From an uncultured Eubacteriales bacterium (GTDB taxonomy: Bacteria > Bacillota > Sulfobacillia > Fermentithermobacillales > Fermentithermobacillaceae): 48,768 nucleotides of DNA. How positions within the stretch are numbered: the stretch's first letter is position 1; the number at the start of each line of letters is the position of its first letter. Both the position numbers and the translations under genes were made by a program. The stretch spans positions 1 to 48,768 of the forward strand of contig CAZXSP010000001.1 of NCBI GenBank assembly GCA_964643285.1, read 5' to 3'. This document shows, in pieces, positions 46,107 to 48,768 of this stretch. The notes beneath the pieces were generated by a model. It was not told the origin of the DNA and ran no database searches. It saw only the letters and a program-made list of their open reading frames with translations.

Positions 46107-46544
46107 TCACACTTTAGGGGTGTCAATTTGCGATATAGCAAACGTTATAGTCGCTCGCGCGACTTCTGTTTCGCCTACATAAGCGACCCCGGCCGCGCGC
46201 CCGATGCCCCTTTTGATTGGCCCCATCTGAGTAACAGCCCTAAGGGTATCTCCGGGACGCACGGGACGCTTAAACCTGGCAGAATCTATGGCAGCCAGAT
46301 ATACAACCCTGCCTTGCATACCTTCGGCGCAAAGCAGCGCCAAAGCGCCTGATTGGGCTATCATCTCAACAATCAGCACGCCCGGCATTACAGGTTCATC
46401 GGGGAAATGCCCGCGAAAGACGGGCCAGTCGGGAGACACAAAATATTCGGCGGTTGCGCTTTTTCCGGGTTCCACTGAGATTATTCGGTCTACAAGCAAA
46501 AAAGGGGCCCTGTGGGGTAAAATCTTTTGTATTTGCTCTGTCAT
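46107..46544 (-). CDS. fabZ: 3-hydroxyacyl-ACP dehydratase FabZ
   Basis: From the ATG at 46544 the protein reads MTEQIQKILPHRAPFLLVDRI, followed by FRGHFPDEPVMPGVL. The ORF-track start at 46577 adds 11 residues. Confidence 0.93.
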   Translation of the reverse strand: MTEQIQKILPHRAPFLLVDRIISVEPGKSATAEYFVSPDWPVFRGHFPDEPVMPGVLIVEMIAQSGALALLCAEGMQGRVVYLAAIDSARFKRPVRPGDTLRAVTQMGPIKRGIGRAAGVAYVGETEVARATITFAISQIDTPKV

Positions 46545-46577
46545 TTCGTGGGCTTCCAAATGCCTCATCCCCCGCAA

Positions 46578-46829
46578 TTACTTGGAGGGATAATTCGCCA
46601 CGCTTCTGTAAATAACCTTTGCCAGCCCGATTCCGCCGGCTTCTGCCCATTTTTTCGCCACCGCCTGCTGCGCGATATCATTCCAACCGTCGTCTGCAGT
46701 ACCGGTGGATTTCTGCATTTGTTTCCACAGCATAGACAAAAACACTGACTCAAAATCTTGACAGGCTTTTGACAGCTTGGGGTTGACTGTGGGCTCCAAG
46801 GCCTTGGGGTTACGCACTTGTTCAACCAT
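46578..46829 (-). CDS. rod-binding protein (FlgJ N-terminal-domain-like)
   Basis: 83 aa. ACQDFESVFLSMLWKQMQKS matches the Rod-binding pattern (a.efEa.fl..mlk.M). It lies downstream of flgG. Confidence 0.65.
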   Translation of the reverse strand: MVEQVRNPKALEPTVNPKLSKACQDFESVFLSMLWKQMQKSTGTADDGWNDIAQQAVAKKWAEAGGIGLAKVIYRSVANYPSK

Positions 46830-46840
46830 ATTTTCTTAGC

Positions 46841-47602
46841 TCACCTTTTCACATTATTGGCAATACCCCACATCTGGTCTGCCGTTTCTATAGTTTTTGA
46901 ATTTAGCTCAAAGGCTCTTTGGGCCACGATCAAATTTACCATCTCAGATATAATGTCCACGTTGGAAGTCTCCAAATAGCTGCCCCGCAATAACCCCGCA
47001 CCGCCTTGACCGGGCGTTCCTTCCGCGGCTTGACCTGACACAGTAGTGCTCAAATAAAGGTTCCCTCCAATGGCTTCAAGTCCCGCGGGATTTCTAAACG
47101 TGGCAATGGTAATCTTGCCGAAGCGTTGCACCTGGCCGTTTACGATTCCGGTCACGTCCCCGTTTTCCAATATTTCAATATCCGACGCGCCCTGAGGGAT
47201 TGTAAAAGCAGTGCCTGAGTATGCCAATCTGTAACCGGCCGCCGTGACCAGCCGCCCTTGTCCATCCAAGCTAAAAGAACCGTCTCTTGTGTACGCCAAG
47301 CCTCGGGGTGTTTCTACTGCAAAAAACCCTTCGCCCTCTATGGCAATGTTCAAAGAATCTCCTGTGAACTCGACGTTGCCTTGACCGAAGCTGCGCTGCG
47401 TGGCCACAATTTTCGACCCGTTCCCCACACATGCTGTAGAACCTGTACCCACGGGAATGGTCTCGTAATATAGATCTTGAAACTGGACCCGTTGTTTTTT
47501 GAAGCCCGTGGTATTAACGTTGGAAAGGTTGTTGGATATGGTGTCTATCATCAATTGCTGAGAGACCATACCTGTTGCTCCTGTCCAAAGCGCTCTCAAC
47601 AT
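46841..47602 (-). CDS. flgG: flagellar basal-body rod protein FlgG (FlhP-like)
   Basis: 253 aa. N-terminus MLRALWTGATGMVSQQLMIDTISNNLSNVNTTGFKK and C-terminus SNVDIISEMVNLIVAQRAFE. Confidence 0.88.
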   Translation of the reverse strand: MLRALWTGATGMVSQQLMIDTISNNLSNVNTTGFKKQRVQFQDLYYETIPVGTGSTACVGNGSKIVATQRSFGQGNVEFTGDSLNIAIEGEGFFAVETPRGLAYTRDGSFSLDGQGRLVTAAGYRLAYSGTAFTIPQGASDIEILENGDVTGIVNGQVQRFGKITIATFRNPAGLEAIGGNLYLSTTVSGQAAEGTPGQGGAGLLRGSYLETSNVDIISEMVNLIVAQRAFELNSKTIETADQMWGIANNVKR

Positions 47603-47637
47603 CCTTGTATCTTCCTCTCTTTTTGAGCTTTCGGGTT

Positions 47638-48381
47638 TTAGGCCAGCCCTACCCTGTTGACGGCCTGATCCAAGGCGTCATCGTGGGATTTTATGGCGCG
47701 CTGTGCCGCCTCATAGATACGCATTGTTTGGATAAGGCTAACCATCTCGCTTATGGGGTCTATAGATGGTTTTTCAAGTGTGCCTAAAAGCAACATGGTG
47801 TCGTGGGACCTAGACACTTGGTTTGTGTCGGCCCTGTAAAGCGAATTCCCTTCTTTGACCAAGGAGCTGTCGCCCGGAATTTCCACGACATCAATAACCG
47901 CTACGGACTTTTCCCCGGACATAACGCTGCCATCTTGGCTTATGTGAATAGAAGAGCTGTCCTCCACACTGATGGGACCCGAAGTCCCCAAAACCCTGTA
48001 ACCCGCAACAGTGATAAACCCTTCGCCCGAAATTTGAAGATCTCCCCGTCTGGTGTACCTTGTGCCATAGGCTGTTTCCACACAAAGATATTTGCCGTCA
48101 GGAAGAGCGATATCCAAGGGGTTCCCTGTGGTCTCCATCGGCCCCACTCCGTGGATGGTACATATATCATGAGCTATGGAGCCGCCGGAATAGCTGCCAA
48201 GACTTGCGGGCAAAGAAGAAGGATTTAGCCTGGACATGAGCACATCATGAAAAGATGAGATTACCAATTTGTCTTGGGCGTACCCGACTGTATCGGCATT
48301 TGCCAAATTGTTCGCTATTACTTCTTGCTTCAGGGCCTGGGCTCTCATGGCCATGGCGCCTGACAAAACTCCTCTAAGCAA
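47638..48381 (-). CDS. flagellar basal-body rod protein (FlgF/FlhO-like)
   Basis: 247 aa. N-terminus LSGAMAMRAQALKQEVIANNLANADTVGY and C-terminus DPISEMVSLIQTMRIYEA. Confidence 0.85.
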   Translation of the reverse strand: MLRGVLSGAMAMRAQALKQEVIANNLANADTVGYAQDKLVISSFHDVLMSRLNPSSLPASLGSYSGGSIAHDICTIHGVGPMETTGNPLDIALPDGKYLCVETAYGTRYTRRGDLQISGEGFITVAGYRVLGTSGPISVEDSSSIHISQDGSVMSGEKSVAVIDVVEIPGDSSLVKEGNSLYRADTNQVSRSHDTMLLLGTLEKPSIDPISEMVSLIQTMRIYEAAQRAIKSHDDALDQAVNRVGLA

Positions 48382-48403
48382 GAAACACTCCCCCCAAAAA
48401 TGA

Positions 48404-48431
48404 TTATCGGGGGGATTGGTTCAAACATTAA
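48404..48431 (-). promoter_or_regulatory. weak sigma-D-like promoter candidate upstream of the rod genes (TAAT-N15-CCCGATAA)
   Basis: The minus strand reads CTTAATGTTTGAACCAATCCCCCCGATAA. It overlaps a C6...G6 hairpin (48391-48414) that may instead be the spoIIID terminator. Confidence 0.3.
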
Positions 48432-48451
48432 GTGTTTCGCGCACTATTATT

Positions 48452-48703
48452 TCAATCGGGATACTGATACTTTCTTTTTGTGGCTTCACCTCCTCGAATG
48501 TGCCTTTCCGCTTTATTCATATCAAGCACTTTGCGAACCATTTTGGCCAGTTGCGGCCTGATTTTCGGCAGTCTGTCAGTCACGTCTTTGTGAACGGTGC
48601 TTTTGGATACTCCAAAAGCACGCGCAGCATCTCGGACCGTGGCATGGGTACGTTCAATATATTCGCCCACGTCAACCGCACGTTTCCAGATGACGTCGTT
48701 CAT
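48452..48703 (-). CDS. spoIIID: stage III sporulation transcription regulator SpoIIID
   Basis: 83 aa. Contains FGVSKSTVHKDVTDRLPKIRPQLAKMVRKVLDMNKAERHIRGGEATKRKY, near-identical in pattern to B. subtilis SpoIIID. GGGAGGGGG lies upstream. Confidence 0.93.
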   Translation of the reverse strand: MNDVIWKRAVDVGEYIERTHATVRDAARAFGVSKSTVHKDVTDRLPKIRPQLAKMVRKVLDMNKAERHIRGGEATKRKYQYPD

Positions 48704-48768
48704 GGCCCGGCCCCCTCCCGGAAGTTACGCTAATATATATGCCCCCGGCGCAAGATCATTCTGTCTTG

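Noticed and set aside
1-48768. Scan for CRISPR arrays, tRNA/rRNA genes, transposases, integrases, prophage, toxin-antitoxin or known defence genes
   Set aside because: No spaced direct repeats, no cloverleaf-like or rRNA-like segments in the few intergenic gaps, and no recombinase, nuclease or defence-type motifs in any ORF translation. The window reads as core chromosome.

Overview
This 48.8-kb window is mostly core chromosome from a flagellated, endospore-forming Firmicute, probably Clostridia-like, with roughly 50% GC by eye. About 85% of the coding sequence is on the minus strand. All family calls come from reading the translations and motifs by eye; no alignments or searches were run.

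Gene content, left to right:
- glmS (5' part), preceded by a clear glmS ribozyme, then glmM-cdaR-cdaA (c-di-AMP and amino-sugar operon).
- A plus-strand block: a stand-alone pyruvate-kinase-C-terminal-like protein, a cupin-type glucose-6-phosphate isomerase, and rapZ-yvcK(glmR)-whiA.
- A three-gene DUF2089 / toastrack (DUF4097) / SHOCT-like module.
- uvrB-uvrA-uvrC with overlapping start and stop codons.
- A MinJ-like PDZ membrane protein, a Ctp protease, an M23 peptidase and ftsX-ftsE.
- A split transketolase, then divergent tagA and csaB (cell-wall polymer pyruvylation).
- A small secreted protein, prfB with its canonical +1 frameshift site, and secA.
- A DUF5317 / HD-GYP pair, a candidate 25-codon micro-ORF, and two uncharacterised genes translationally coupled to hpf.
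- cspA on the plus strand.
- The late flagellar cluster: fliT-like, fliS, fliD, csrA, fliW, flgL, flgK, flgN, flgM. No flagellin gene is present.
- comFC, a membrane GGDEF cyclase, a small ORF, metK, fabZ, a rod-binding protein, flgG, a flgF/flhO-like gene and spoIIID.

The order closely mirrors several Bacillus subtilis neighbourhoods as I remember them. That makes the local insertions stand out.

I found no CRISPR array, tRNA or rRNA gene, transposase, integrase, or recognisable defence island. The least-explained parts are:
1. The hpf-coupled 384-aa / 217-aa gene pair.
2. The c-di-GMP module wedged directly in front of secA, whose membrane domain appears to recur in the GGDEF protein on the other side of the flagellar cluster.
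3. The DUF2089-toastrack-SHOCT triad.
4. A same-orientation cluster of DnaA-box-like 9-mers between hpf and cspA.

None of these is proven novel from sequence alone.
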